Assembly (NCBI GenBank): GCA_951406725.2
Contig: OX597821.1
Coordinates: forward strand, 74,214,001 to 74,278,000
Length of the DNA: 64,000 nt
Direction of reading: 5' to 3'
Source: Octopus vulgaris
Taxonomy: Eukaryota
The notes beneath the pieces were generated by a model. The model was not told the origin of the DNA, made no database searches, and was given only the letters and a program-made list of their open reading frames with translations. The translations under genes were made by a program, and so were the position numbers. Positions 12,625 through 27,411 of the stretch are shown here, one piece after another (position 1 is the stretch's first letter; each line of letters starts with the position of its first letter).

Positions 12625-13050
12625 AGGTAGAGAGCTGGCAGAATCGTTAAGCTCGCCCGTTAAAATACTTACCGACATTTCATCTGCCTTTTGGTTCTGA
12701 TTTCAAATTTCGTCGTGTACGACTTTACTATTCGTTTCTTCAGGGTCGATAAAATAAGTACCAGTTATGCACTGTGGGGCCGATGTAATCAATTTAACCC
12801 ATCCACCAAACTTTCCGCCCTTCTCTCAAAAGAGCGATGATTTGGCAGTATCGTTAGCACGATGGGCCAACTGATTAGCCCCATTTTTGTCTGTCATTAT
12901 GTCCTGGGGTCAAATTACGCCGAGGTCTACTTCGCTTTTTATCGTTCTGGGATCGATGAATTAAGAACCCGTGGAGCACTGGAGTTCGACATAATCGAAG
13001 TACTTTACCCTTAAAACTGCCGGCCTCGTGCTAAAATTTGAAACCAGTAT
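12625..13050 (+). mobile_element. Two degenerate tandem SINE family A copies
   Basis: GAGCTGGCAGAATCGTTA...GGGTCGATAAAATAAGTACCAG, then TTGGCAGTATCGTTAGCACG...AAAATTTGAAACC. Confidence 0.75.
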
Positions 13051-14532
13051 TATTTTATTTCTCCAACCCCATTCACTGATTTGAGAGATATGCGAATATG
13101 TATAGTAAATACAGTTTCTTTCCTTGTTGAAAAATTTTAGGGTATTATTGTCTTTTAGAATAGTTTTGCCTTTTGTATCTGCTAACAGCACCCATGAAAA
13201 TTCCAAGTATATTTTGAAATAAGACTCTTTGAAGTTCATACACAAAAATGAAATTCAGTTTCTTTTGAACCTATTTTTTTACGCAGATAAACCTAAAGGG
13301 GGGAAAGTTTAGAGGAAAACATTTTTAATAAACTATATTCTTTTTTATTCCTTTGTCATCATTTTCATCTTCCCACCAAAATTTTGATTACACTCCTGGA
13401 AGCGTCTAATACAATGGTCCATGGGAAAGTACGAGTTCACTTCTCTTGGTAACATCATAATGATGTTTATTATTTTTATATATAAAATTACTGAAAACGT
13501 GTTGAAGGTATATCTGTAGCAAGCAACTTAGACAATCGCAACAAAGGAACAAAATAGTTAGCGTTACATCATTCTACTAAAGTGCCAACAGCTATGTATG
13601 TATGTATGTATGTATGTATGTATGTATGTATGTATGAGCTGCGCCGCGTCGGACACCGGAATGATATTTGATCACTCTGTGGAGCGTTTGGGTGTCAGTT
13701 TTGTGTCTGGCACGGGACAATCAACCTCATGGGCAGGTTGAGGCTCTTTAACCTTGGTTGGTAATCTACGTAGGAGAAAGAAATCTCCAAAATAAAACCT
13801 GAGGCCTTGGTAGTTCCCGGTTTTGTCAATTCTCATGTTACACCGTCGAAAATCTTCTTGGGCCAATAGGTGGGGGTAGTGCAGTGAAAGCTACACCCAC
13901 TGAAAATTATTCATCTGCACAGGTACAGTTTATACACCAAATCTTAGTAAAACCCTTGAATTGGTTGGCAGGAACCAAAAAATGCACTTGCACCTTCGGA
14001 TATGCAATCTATGAGGGTGTCGTGTTTAAAAATCCACATCAGACGCATTGATAGATTTAAGGTGTTGGTACAAAAAGTTCTCAGACTCTGCATAAAGAGT
14101 AGACAAGCACCATGTAAGTACGTACGTATGTATATGTGTATGTATGTATGTGTGTATGTGTGTAAGTATGTATGTATGTTTGTATGTATGTATGTATGTA
14201 TGTATGTTTGTATGTATGTGTATATGTATGTATGTATGTTTGTATGTATGTGTATATGTATGTATGTATATATGTATGTATGTATGTATGTATGTTTGTA
14301 TGTATGTATGTATGTATGTATGTATGTGTGTGTGTGCATGTATGTATGTATGTATGTATGTATGCATGTATGTATGTATGTATGTATGTGTGTGTATGTA
14401 TGTATGTATGTATGTATGTATGTATGTATGTATGTATGTGTGTGTGTATGTGTATGTATGTATGTATGTATGTATGTATGTATGTATGTGTGTATGTATG
14501 TATGTATGTGTGTATGTATGTTTGTATGTATG

Positions 14533-14564
<32 letters not shown>

Positions 14565-14621
14565 TGTATGTATGTATGTATGTATGTATGTATGTATGTA
14601 TGTATGTATATATGTATGTAT

Positions 14622-14931
14622 GTCATTATTCAGTTTCATTTCAGGATTTTTTGCCAATAGAGAAAGAACCGGTTTCTAACCTAGATACAAAGCTCTTTCA
14701 TTGGAATTTCAACATCAACAACAGGATATTTTTTTATGCATGTATGTATATATGTATGTATGTGTAGATTTGTATGTTTTGCTTTACGTATGTCTTCTCA
14801 GGCATATAGTTGCATATCTAGACATGCTCATATATATTTAAATGATAAACTTCTGGAAAGTTTTACAAATTTTTACAGTTCCAGTGATGGATTGGAATTA
14901 GCTTTCACCTTTCTGGTTTGGAGAAGCCTAA
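14622..14931 (-). mobile_element. Second, shorter copy of the RLE-type element in (TATG)n
   Basis: Encodes QSITGTVKICKTFQKFII* and has the same 3' UTR as 6572-7140. Confidence 0.75.
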
Positions 14932-15096
14932 TGCATGCACGTATGTATGTATGTATGTATGTATGTATGTATGTATGTATGTATGTATGTATGTATGTAT
15001 GTATGTATGTATGTATGTATGTATGTATGTGTGTGTGTGTATGTATGTATGTATGCATGTATGTATGCATGCATGTATGTATGTATGTATGTATGC

Positions 15097-15129
<33 letters not shown>

Positions 15130-15160
15130 TGTATGTATGTGAATGTATGTATTTATGTAC

Positions 15161-15366
15161 TAGGGGTTGGTGAGAAGTTTCTGGTTTAAGGGTATCGCAG
15201 AAGGGTTGGTTGGAGGCCCTAATTTTCGGGTTCTTTTACATGGCTTAGAAAAACTGAAGGACCCCTGCGATAAGTGTCTCAATCTGAGTGGGGGAATATG
15301 TTGAATAAAATTATAATTAACTGTATTTTCTTTTACCCAAAGCCAGGAACTTTTTAACACCCCTCC
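15161..15366. mobile_element. mariner-type MITE
   Basis: Imperfect TIRs AGGGGTTGGTGAGAAGTTTCTGGTTTAAGGGTA and TACCCAAAGCCAGGAACTTTTTAACACCCCT, with TA at or near both ends. Confidence 0.65.
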
Positions 15367-15409
15367 TATATGTGTATGTATGTATATTGTGTGTGTATAT
15401 ATACATACA

Positions 15410-15479
<70 letters not shown>

Positions 15480-15856
15480 TATATTTATCTGTGTGTTGTG
15501 TTTGTGTGTGACTGTATAAGCTTGATTTACGCGTTCGCCACCACAGCCTCGTTTAATCCTAGCAGCCCTTCCTGTTTGTTTTCACTGTCCTGTTTCTGTT
15601 ACCAATTTTGCACCCCCGCCCAAATATTAGCTGATTTGCTTTGCGGGAGCAACTGTTTCATCGAAAGCGTATATTGCTGTTAAATGCTCAAAATGCGAGA
15701 TTATAAAAAACAGCCAAAACTGATGAAGGGTCGTTCTTTAGGTTGTTTGTCTTGGTTTCTATTTGTGTCTTTTGTTCTTCGAAAAAATAGTTCATTTTTT
15801 TGTTGTACACATTCCGGGGGGCCTTCTGCCCACATATGCATATAGATATTTATATA

Positions 15857-15908
<52 letters not shown>

Positions 15909-15991
15909 TATATATATATATACGAATAGATTTAGGTATATAGATATGCGTATGTATATATGCATGTACATATATAATATATATATACTTT

Positions 15992-16028
<37 letters not shown>

Positions 16029-16977
16029 TCAGACACATATATATAGACACACATATATATTTACATCTGTGTGTTAGTATCAATATGACTTCGTGCGTTA
16101 TAGACTTATATTCGTGGTTTCCATTGTACAGTCTGCCGGGTCCAGACTTAAATCCCACACATAGACCATCCCTTGCTCACCGAGGGTTGAAAGCTATCGG
16201 TTACCCTCACCATGGTTTTTGCCGGCCTGGGAAGCTGTTGCCCAGGATGTGGCCGCTGTTGTTAGCAGACAACATAGAGGAGCTACGAGTGCGAGCTGGG
16301 CGTCATGTGATGACCAAAGCGGACGAACCATTCTAAAGAGTACCACATGTTCCCCCGTCAGAGGTACTACCTCACTCTGATACCCCATCCGCCCGGACAC
16401 ACTGTGCCCCGTCTTACTCCTCCTTACGATGACCTTGGTTATCGCCGAATACTACGAATGGACTAATATAGACTATTATTTCTCTCGCAGTCCGTGCAGG
16501 AAGCAACCGAACATCTTTCCACATCCACCCTTATGTCTCTGCATGGTGTACAAGATGCTCTGGGGTGACCACTGACATGCATGAACCATCAAGCTGCAAG
16601 TCCCCAACCGTTGTCAATACCCTGGCGTAGAATCCTCAAAGCACATCATTTTGTTCCACTTAAACGACTCTTGGATGATTTGTGGGAAACAAGAGAGACA
16701 TTTCACATGAAACGAGATACGAACATATCTGTACTAACTGTTGAGGTATTTCTTTAGTCAGCATCAGTGAAAAAGAACGATGCCTGCACTCTTCGAAAGC
16801 AGCTACAAAAGATGGATGAAGGTGAACTAATGTAGCGTCAGTGAACCGCTCAACGGATAGACTCGTTGCACCAGCGTCACAAGAACTGTTGTGAAGGATG
16901 GAAGCGGATTCATAATGCCTTCGTGGTTCTAACTAAATTTTTTTATGTATTTGGCAAATCAAGGTTTTATGTATATA

Positions 16978-17189
16978 CAGGCTGGCCCAAAAATGGTTTA
17001 CAGTTATCACGTAGGCACTTTAAATTTCTTTTAAAACATTTCATTACATCTAAATTTCTATCTTACAATTAACTAGATTAGCAAGGAACAATGGTTTCAT
17101 ATATTTTTAATAATTAAGATCTAAACTGTTGATATATGAATGCGTATGAGATAGTTGAATAACTGTACACCTACTTTTGGGTCATCCTG
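16978..17189. mobile_element. Tc1/mariner-superfamily MITE
   Basis: TIRs CAGGCTGGCCCAAAAATGGTTTACAGTTAT and ATAACTGTACACCTACTTTTGGGTCATCCTG, TA target duplication. Confidence 0.75.
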
Positions 17190-18034
17190 TACATATAAAT
17201 ATATATGTGTGTATGTGTGAGTGTGTGCACGTGTGTTTGCGTATGTGCGTACCGAAAAGTGATGGAGCATTTTGAAGCAAATAGTGTAATGCTTATACCA
17301 CACAGTTTACAAACCAATAAAAGGTATTTTTTTCCACCAAAGAGCATAGAGTTAATGACTAAGCGACAATCCGAACAGGCGCTATGTATGTATATGCTGT
17401 TTCATACAGCTCATAGGAGTTGCATATTCAACCTTGCATGCTTTACGAATTTTGGAAAGGCAACAGAGCAACGGGTGTACTGGAAAACATGCCCAAGGTG
17501 GTTGAGCAAATGAAATAACGGTGATTTCGATCTTTTGCATGGGTATCGATCAATAATTTCGCAGTGAAAAGCAGGACTGAAATGGATCTGCGTCAACGGA
17601 TAGGGGGACTTCTCCCGGAGGTTTAACCCAATTTAACCCAGGTTAACTCTGTCGAAAGTTTGAAGATAGTTATATAAATAGGGATAACAATCATACGGAG
17701 GCGTTCAGTTAGCCTTTATTGCAGTAAGTAAACCAAATACAATGGTTAAATAACTACAACCAGCACTATTTTGCGTCCAGTTAACCTTTATAAAAGTAAT
17801 TGAACCAATTACAATTATCCTCAAACGAGGACAGTGGGTTGATATGGGTTAATAAACCTTGATCCATTGTGCGAGATCCTCTCAGGCAGATTGGGAAAGA
17901 ATACACAGAAAGGATATACGTTGCTAATCTGAGAACATGTATACAACCACACACACACATGATACATACATATACACACACGTGCGCACACATACACACA
18001 CAAGTATATATATACATATGTATATATACATATA

Positions 18035-18190
18035 TACAGTTGAAATTTATAGAAAAACAAAAGACAGGTGTATGAACCACAATCAAGTGTATCAGTTTGA
18101 CGCTCGAGAAAATGAAAGATTCTTTTACGTTTCGAGCCTACGCTCTCCAACAGAAAGAAATAAGAGAAAATAAACAGAGAGAGAAAAAAC
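18035..18190 (-). mobile_element. Penelope-like pseudo-LTR fragment with degenerate minimal hammerhead
   Basis: Minus strand CTTT-CTGTTGG-A-GAGC-GTAG-GCTC-GAAA-CG-TA-AAAG. Downstream sequence homologous to 60067-60165. Confidence 0.6.
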
Positions 18191-18379
18191 GTATACAGTT
18201 CAGCAGAACAGCATGGCGAATGATTGGAAAAGAAAAGGTTGAAAGAAAGGGAGGTAATAATAAAAAAAGAAGTCGATAATAATAGGGCTAGTGATCCCAA
18301 CAGGAGAAGGTGCGCGTGCGTTTATGTGAGAATGGTGTGTGCGAGTGTGTATGTGTGAATACGGGTAAGTGACTCTGAC

Positions 18380-18412
<33 letters not shown>

Positions 18413-18622
18413 CCCGCGTGAGTAACGTGTGTTCGTGTGCTTATGCACGTGGTGTGTGCACATATGAGTGTGTATGTGTTTGTGACCAAACAGAGTGCAT
18501 GTGTATGGTGTATTTTTGTGGGCGAATGTTATCTTGGTCCAAGTATGTTGCGTGTGTTCAAGCGTGTTGCTTCTGTGTTTATGTATGTATGTACGTATAT
18601 ATATATATATATAAAGAGAGAG

Positions 18623-18709
<87 letters not shown>

Positions 18710-21637
18710 TAGAGAGATTTGGAATTTTGGCTTGGGCATAGCGAAGCTCAAAACCTGATGTTAGAACTGAATATATCAATGTTTCAGAATATGACTTTAG
18801 TCGAGAACAGAACGTAATATGGAATTAAATTTAAAAAAACAAACAAACGACAATCTCCGAAGAACCTTTAAGGTGATGCATTACCATTCAGACATAGCTA
18901 TAACCTCATGAAGTTGATTATGTAATATATATTCCCTTGACATTTCTTTAATTTCATTTTGCGCTCTGTACTCGACTAACGTTTTATTCTCGAACATGGT
19001 CTCAAGACTGAAGAATATATATCGCCCAAATTTCATTTATAGACATCAGCACAAGGTCTACGTCAGTAATCGAAATTTGGCAGGAGTGTCTAATCAATGA
19101 AATCAACAGCAGTATTTGATTAGCAAATATTTTATCACATCCGTAAGGGTGAAAGGTAAAGTGGATTTCGTTGGGATTGAACTTAGAATGTAAAAGGACG
19201 TAATTAAATATCGAAATATAATGGTTCACCTGTGCCTCCCCGAAGTCAGTCACCCACTTTGATGCTAATTAACATTGGCAATTTTTCTTTTACAATTATT
19301 TAAGCGGAAAATTTCTTCAATTCCATTAAACTCGAATGAATGACCCTGATATATTTAAAATTATTGTTTCTTGTTTAAAATTAGTATTTTTATTTTCCCT
19401 TCTGAATTTTAAAATTTCAACAGGTATTGTTAGGAAATATATGTATATATGTGTATATGTGTTTGTATGTGTGTTTGTGTGTTATTTGTATGTGTGTTTG
19501 TGTGTGTGTCTGTGTATTTGCTTTATCGTCAGATTGTGAGAATAAAAAAACAAAAGTTCATGAGAAAAATTTACCCACCAATCTTTCCTTTATTTTGCTT
19601 TATTCATCTTTATTTTTTTTATTGTTTTCTAATTATTTTCTATTTTATTTCAGCATGTCTAATTATCAAAAATAAAAATAAAAAAAAATTGTGTGATCTC
19701 CATACAAGAAACCAGCTGAAAACAATGTAAAGAGAAATAGGTCAGAGTTTTTATATATATTTTGTAGTTTTTTTTTCATAAGGCCAGTCTTTGGCGTGAA
19801 ATAATTGTAAAACACACAATGGTTATTTGTCTCACGCCTCTAATGCACGCATCCGATTTTTATCTATTTTGCTAGCAGAACTTTGAATAAAACATTTTGT
19901 TTTTGTTCTTTTTTTTTTCTCGACTTTCCCAAATGTATAGCTTTTGACGACGTTTGTTGTGTTGTTTGTGATGTTAAAAATTCCCACGATACTTGTTATT
20001 ATATTTTTTACTAAATGTCTAAAGAAGAACGAATCATAGCTTCAGGCAGAAAATCACTTAAATATTGATTTGTTGCTCGCAGTTTTTATGAGAAAATATA
20101 AATGATCAAAAGTTACGTGGAACATACATACATACGTACGTACGTTCATACATACATAAATGAATATATTCATGTGTGTGTGTGTATACATATATATATG
20201 CATACACATGGTACCACACTGTCCTAGGATGGCTGTATGAAAGTAAAATTGTGTATACGTAAATGTATATAAACCTATGTGTATGAAAATCCATCTGCAC
20301 ACGTAAATATGCAGAGTTAACACTTGTGTGTTTAGGATGCTACTGCACTCTGTCTACGAATTTAGGAGTAATCGATGTCTCATCAAGTGGTGAAGCTAGC
20401 TCTGCAGATGTTTCACTCTTTCCTCCTACGACACCAGGGATGCCCCGAAGCCGTCCACGGCTGCAGGGGAGAAGACTCCGGCATGACAACATGAGCTTTG
20501 TGGAGTGAAATGTTGTGACTTTGGGCCAGATGTTTCCACCATCCTCAATGTTCGTTCCAGTTGCATCACCCGTCCTCTCTCTGGAGTCACATGTAATGGT
20601 TTGCTTTTTCAGCGACTTGCAAAAATTTTCTCCCAACATCTTTTTACTCTTTCACTGCTAGTCCAAAACTCCTGGGCATCAAATAAACCCTGCTTCCAAC
20701 AAAACTTTTAACACCTACCTCTACAAGAACGCATATTGCCTCCCATCCATTGTTTATACAGAGTTCAACTAGATTCATTGGATTTTCTCCCTTTCCTAAA
20801 GAAAACGCCCTCGATACTTGCTTCTCAAGGAACTTTCAGCTCTACCACCACACACACAAACATCTCCCCCCACACACACGCACGCACACACACACACACA
20901 CGCATGCACACACGCATCTAGAGACATTGACAAGCCGTTTTGAATGAAGAACACAGAGCAGGAAATATCAAAATCCAGATTTGAATCGATAACCATGAGT
21001 CCGACAAAATTTATTTCGTTTTGACTATGGCTTCTTTCAGAACTGGAGAAAACAATGAGAGCATTCCTGCCGTCAACAAAAACAGCATTACATTAGATTT
21101 ATAAGAGTAATCGAAAATATATGTAAGCTTTATTGAATCATCAGTTATTCAACACCTAATTAGATACTTTTATTCATCTTTTCAGTGAAACATTTACCTG
21201 AACGCCCCCAAAATATTCTGCTATTTGGCTTCTTTCCCACTTGCCATAATATTATCACTCACTGTTGTTCTTTATACAAAAGAGTCTTACTTTTTTTCTG
21301 TTTATTTAAAGCAATGTTTCTGAAGAGCAACCTAACATATAACAATGGGTATTGGTACTCGGGTTGAATGCATGTCTTCTATCAATTTAGCGAAGATTTC
21401 TTCTCTTCTTTTAGACTAAAGTTTTTGACAGGAACAAACAAGGAGTATGCACTGGACTCAGGATTGACCGTTGAATCTGTGAAAGGCAGATCCTTTATAA
21501 GCTCTCTTGTCATGGAACTAACAAAATACCTCTTTGTGTTTCTTTGTGTTTAGTCCAGGCAATTGATTACATAAATAACCAAAATGGACGCCATCTTTGT
21601 TCAGTGATTTTAGTCTAGCATTTTTTATGAAATAGGG

Positions 21638-21680
<43 letters not shown>

Positions 21681-21702
21681 GTTATTATCATTATTATCAT
21701 TA

Positions 21703-21853
21703 TTATCACTTCTGCCTTAGCGAAGGCGGAGGTATCGTTTTCAGTCGTGTTTGTTTGTTTGTTGGTTTGTTTTCCGTGGAAAAGATATCTCAAGAATCGC
21801 TGGATGGATTCGGATGAAACTTTCAAAGATGTTTGGCCTCTTGACTGCCACGC
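21703..21853 (+). mobile_element. Helentron/DINE-1-like non-autonomous element, 5' part
   Basis: Terminal palindrome ACTTCTGCCTT-AGCG-AAGGCGGAGGT, (GTTT)n, then GATATCTCAAGAATCGCTGGATGGATTCGGATGAAACTTTCA core. Confidence 0.6.
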
Positions 21854-21887
21854 ATATTATTATTGTCATTATTATTATCATTATTGT

Positions 21888-21954
<67 letters not shown>

Positions 21955-22051
21955 TGTAGTAGTAGTGGCAGCAGGAGCAGCAGTAGCAGCAGCAGTAGTA
22001 GTAGTAGTTGTAGAATTATCCTGGAAAAACACTGCATTTCATTAGTTAGGG

Positions 22052-22312
22052 TAGGGATTCTCAAATGGAGTTCAAATGACCTTTGGGAGGTGGTGCGTAT
22101 ATAAGATCATGTCGTTAAAATTCATGTGACATAAAGTGGTTATGCTTCTACGGTACACAAATATTTTAATAATCTTTTATACAATTCCAGACAATATTTA
22201 GTTATAAAAATATAATAGTAACTTTTGAACATCATTTGGATGAGAGGGCCATCCGTGGAAAATAGGAATCAAAGGAGTTCATAGGCAAAAGAAAAATGGT
22301 TGAGAACTCCTG
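22052..22312. mobile_element. hAT (Charlie-like) MITE
   Basis: TIRs TAGGGATTCTCAA and TTGAGAACTCCTG. Degenerate 8-bp TSD AGTTAGGG/ATTTAGAG. Confidence 0.6.
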
Positions 22313-22799
22313 ATTTAGAGCTTTTACAACAAAACGATACTATTTTTGGTTTTGGTGACTCAAGTATATCCAAGAGTCTACATAATTTCCAAGGCCACAA
22401 AATGGAGGGACACCTGAGGTCCTTAATGTTAATATGTAAGGGTTTGAACCAGCATATAAAATGTCTACGCTCTCTTTGAAACTTGTGTTTGTAAGGCAGC
22501 ATCTGTGGCATAATTGATTACTTAAGCAAAACAGACCCGAATCGTGAATGAAATTAAACAGAGGCCACCACATCTGAGAAAGAACATTTGCTGTTTATTT
22601 CCTAGTCATCTGTAACCGATGATCAAGGACGTATCAACCTTGACTCTTCCATCATTTTCCCAAACTCTGTCTATGAAGAAAAAAAATTAACTAACGCAAC
22701 ATTCCATCTTTTGAAGAAGGGTTTATGTTAGGGTTTTTTAACCGACTCGTTCATTCATTTTTCATAAAAGAGTCGAAAATATTAATTTCTATGATCTGC

Positions 22800-22995
22800 A
22801 CAAAATTACATATTTTGGCAGATAGTATAATCAATTAAATCGGAGCAGTATATTACTGGTAAAGCCTTATTTTTAATTTAGAGGGAACGATGATAAGCAA
22901 AGTGGGCTTCGATGGGATTTGAACTTAGAAAGTAAAAGGCTGTAACTAAACATTGCAAAGCGTTTCGTCCGCCGACGCTCTCACAATTTGGCCAA
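22800..22995 (-). mobile_element. Degenerate SINE family A
   Basis: GCAAAGTGGGCTTCGATGGGATTTGAACTTAGAA...CGTTTCGTCCGCCGACGCT. Confidence 0.55.
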
Positions 22996-23666
22996 TTCAC
23001 AAAACATTCACCAATGTTTGCTACAACCGGTTTTACCTCGCTAAACATAACCACGTATATAAAACAGACAAACACAGACACTCACATATATCTATGTGTG
23101 TGTATGTTTGTACATACACACATAGATACATACATGAAATATACATATATACACACATGCGTACATACATTCATACATACATACACTTATAAATTCACAC
23201 ATGAAGTCCGAGAAAAATGATGTAAGTGTGTGTCACCCAAAATATTGCATTGTCAACTGGTCATTCCAAAGCGAATACCATTAGACTCAGCTGACTGACC
23301 TTTAACACAAGCGTCTTTCACTGCGACAACAGAACAATCTGAATAACTGTTTCTTTGTCTGTTGTGGCTCTCAAAAGAAACAAAGACGTTGTTAAACTTG
23401 TTGGACGATAAGGTGCCACCAGCAGTTCTCGCTTAAGTAACCCTTCTTTCGTTTGTGTTTACGTATTTTTTTACAGGTGAAGAGAAATTCGTGTCGTGTT
23501 TTACTCCGCTTCTCCAGTTTTCTAATCAGTGTATTGCCACGTGATAAATATGTCGAATGTTTGCGGAGCAATGATATCTACTTGAGGAAAAGCGCCAAAA
23601 TATATCAAGGAGAACCACCGAAATATATCAAGTTTACATCTTCATGATGGTTCAACTTCCTAGATA

Positions 23667-23901
23667 CCTATTTCTTTACTACCCACAAGGGGCTAAACTG
23701 AGAGAGGACAAACAAGGACAGACAAATGGGCTAAGTCGATTATATCGACCCCAGTGTGTAACTGGTACTTATTTAATCGATCCCGAAAGGATGAAAGGCG
23801 AAGTCGACCTCGGCGGAATTTGAACTCACAACGTAACGGCAGACGAAATACGGCTACGCATTTCACCCGGCGTGCTAACGTTTTTGCAGGCTCGCCGCCT
23901 T
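23667..23901 (-). mobile_element. Full-length SINE family A with 13-bp TSD
   Basis: AACTTCCTAGATA occurs at 23654-23666 and 23903-23915. Confidence 0.92.
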
Positions 23902-25931
23902 AAACTTCCTAGATATAGCGAGCAAATTTTTTTCAGACTGTGTTTTAAAGGAACACTCATAGCGTTGTAGATAAGTTTGCTTCGCAAACACGTAGTAACG
24001 GGTTCAATTCTACTGCATGGCGCCTTAACTAAATGTTTTCTCCATTCGCGTTGACCGATTGCAGTTAAATGTATATATACAATCATACAAATAACATGAC
24101 TCATCCCAATTTCTGAGTCGGCGTTTCGACAGGGAATTCGAGGAATGGTGACCCATAATGCTGCGAAGCGTCCTGGTACCAAAGAAGTTTATGTGGATAT
24201 TAAGGACCCTGGGCAGTGACCAAGTCTTGCGACTATAGACCAGGACAGGAAAGACTGCTAAAAGCGGACTACCTTAAAAGAAAAAGAAAAACAGGAGACT
24301 AGAGAATTTAGTTCGAAGTAAAAACAAACGCCCTAATATTTGGAAACATTACGAGCGATTAAATGGTGTTCTATCCAAACGGTGTGATTTATATTTCTGT
24401 AGCTTTCGACATGGTATGGAGTCTAAACATGGTTCACAAATGTCCCTGTCAATAACTGAGAATATTTCAATTTGTTTTATATCAATCGTTTAATTCATGA
24501 CCTATGTTTATACGTCCGTGTCTCCATTCTGTAAATATTTACAAGTACCCATTACTCGTCATTGAACAATAGACGTTAATTTAGGTGTCTCTGGTAATTA
24601 GCGTTTGAATGTTGTTGGGGTTTGAGACATTAGAAAGGCGGGTTGCAGTGTAATAATGCATATGTCGTGTATCGTTACCGGTGTTCTATGATCGACGGAT
24701 TAAATGATTTGACTCATGGATACACTGAAGGGTTCTTGCTATGATTCACCACTGTGCCTTGGGAAAGCATTGCCCAATTGATGAAGGTTCTGTTACCTTG
24801 TACTAATGAGTTAATATAGCAGGGTATTTACAGTTGCTCCAGCAAACACGTACATTATTTGGCGCTCGACAATTAGCTACAACTAACGTTACCAGCACCA
24901 GCACCAGAAGCACCAATAACACCAACACCACTACCAAACCAGTACCAACACCAACACCCTAACGCCTCATCTCCACCCCAGCAACTACCTCCTCTGCTCC
25001 CATATACTCTTTTCCTGCATAATGGTTAAATGGTTGAGTAAAGTTAATACAATATCTTGTTTAAAAGAGAGAAAAGGAAAAAATAAACGTATTTATTCAG
25101 TGAAAAGAAAATCGACTATCGTTTCTCATTTAAATGAAAATATAGACAATTAATATAGACAATAAATATTTCTTTCTCACAAATTTATGTTTTTGATTCC
25201 AGCATTATTAAAGCCATCTTCAGGAACATATGATCAGAAATGGAACTGAAAACTCGCGATAAGAATTCATTGCTGTATTAATTGCAATCGCTATGATATT
25301 TCATTTCTGTCCAGGGCGATTTTCTATTATATGTGGGTTTTTTTTTTAATATTCATTTAATATACAATTATTCATTGTATTCTGCAAAACCGGACACGCC
25401 ATCGATGATTCTTATCTGCTGTTTTCTTCCAACAATTTTGTCCTGGCATTCATCGAGCAGAAAATATTAGTTGTTACTCAGTACAAATTTTAATTCGATA
25501 AATATTTGATTATTTTTTTCTTTTCCCTACATCTCTACCAGCAAAAAGAAAGGAAACGAAAATTAAAAAAAAGCAAAGGAAAAGAACAAAACAACAAAAA
25601 ACAAAACCAGATTAGCAACACTAGTATTATTGTTGCCACAACGTATTTTGATAGCGCTATAATGATTAAAAGTCGACGAAGTATCCCAGCGTACGTACAA
25701 AAAAAAAAAAAAGAACTATGTTGGACATTTAAAAATTCTTGCAGTGCAACTATCGTAAAATTATTTCATTGAGAAATAACCATCAATTTCTAATTTATGT
25801 TTTAGATATCATTCTTGGAAAAAAGTATCGTCTGGAAACTCAGCAAAAATAAAAGTATGTTGCTAAGTTTGCCGAATGAAAGTTTTTCTATTACAACTGT
25901 CGGCGTTTTGTTTTAAAGTTATTTTCTCTGA

Positions 25932-26048
<117 letters not shown>

Positions 26049-26125
26049 TATATACAAATATATATACATATATACATACATACATACATATATATATGTA
26101 TATATATATATATATATATGTATAC

Positions 26126-26184
<59 letters not shown>

Positions 26185-27365
26185 GATGTATATGATATTT
26201 CATACTAGAGTGAGCTTCAATATGATGGAGAAGAACTGAACGTTTTAAACTTGAGAATTGTTTGAGCATCGTATAAAATATACGTCGGTATTTTGTTCAA
26301 ATTTCATCCCCATTTTTGTCCTTCCAGAGACTATACATAAGTACCCAGATATTGAGTTCCATTTCATTGGATATCTCTTCCCCCAGAAATAATTAAGGTT
26401 ACCAAAATGTAGTATCGCATTTTCATGGAAATAGCTTAATGTCACACCATAATAGAATCCGCGTCAAAGTATCGGGGACTTATCCCGGAAGTTTGCTAAA
26501 TCTCGGTCCACTGCGCATGGTCATCTGAAGCAGATTGGTAAAACTATATAAAGAAGTGAATCGTGTATCCCACGAGTTGGTCTTGGAGAATAGATCAGTG
26601 CCTTCATGAAAATAACTCAAGAAAAGATTAATTTATTAGGTTCCGGGTCTCTATATTTATTCTCCCTGCACACAAACGTACAACCATCACATTTTCACAT
26701 ATTCCTGTCCCTTTCCAGTAACTAAGTATTCAGAAGAAGAGACATTATCGAAACAACACTACAGACGTTTACCAATTCCAAAGAAGTTGGTTTTCTTCCC
26801 CGAGGAATCAGAAAACTGCTTTCGGGGAGGGAAAATATTATTGCTAACAATTTGCGACATGTTTCATACAAGTTACATGCAATGAGTCATTACTTTTCCG
26901 TAGCCCTAAAAGTTTCTATATGCCGATATTTAAAACAAATATATTTGGGAAGAAATATGATAGTCGAAATACAGAGACAGTACTAGAGGTGAGTAAATGG
27001 TTGGAACGGTTCGTTCGTATTATGTAGTGGTATTTATTTTTAAGCAGATTAAATTGAAGAATCGTTGAATTTGTTTCAATACAGCGTCATATTTATATTT
27101 TATTTGATTTTTATTATTTCTACAAGTGAAAAATTGACGGTAAACTGAAACGGACGAGTCAGTATTAAGAATTCTCGATCGGCACTTTTCGGACGATTAT
27201 GGTCCCTGTTAGTGTATATGTTTTCATTCAATTGCGTTAAGAACAACATTCGAACGGTTTTGCTTTTGTTTCTTGTAATGTAGTTTTTTCCTAACATCCT
27301 AAACGCATTTAGTGACATTTGTAATTCTCCTTTTTGTGGAATATTGCAAAGTGCTGTATATATAT

Positions 27366-27411
<46 letters not shown>

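Noticed and set aside
15716-15793. CTGATGA...GAAA hammerhead
   Set aside because: Stems I and III do not pair convincingly.
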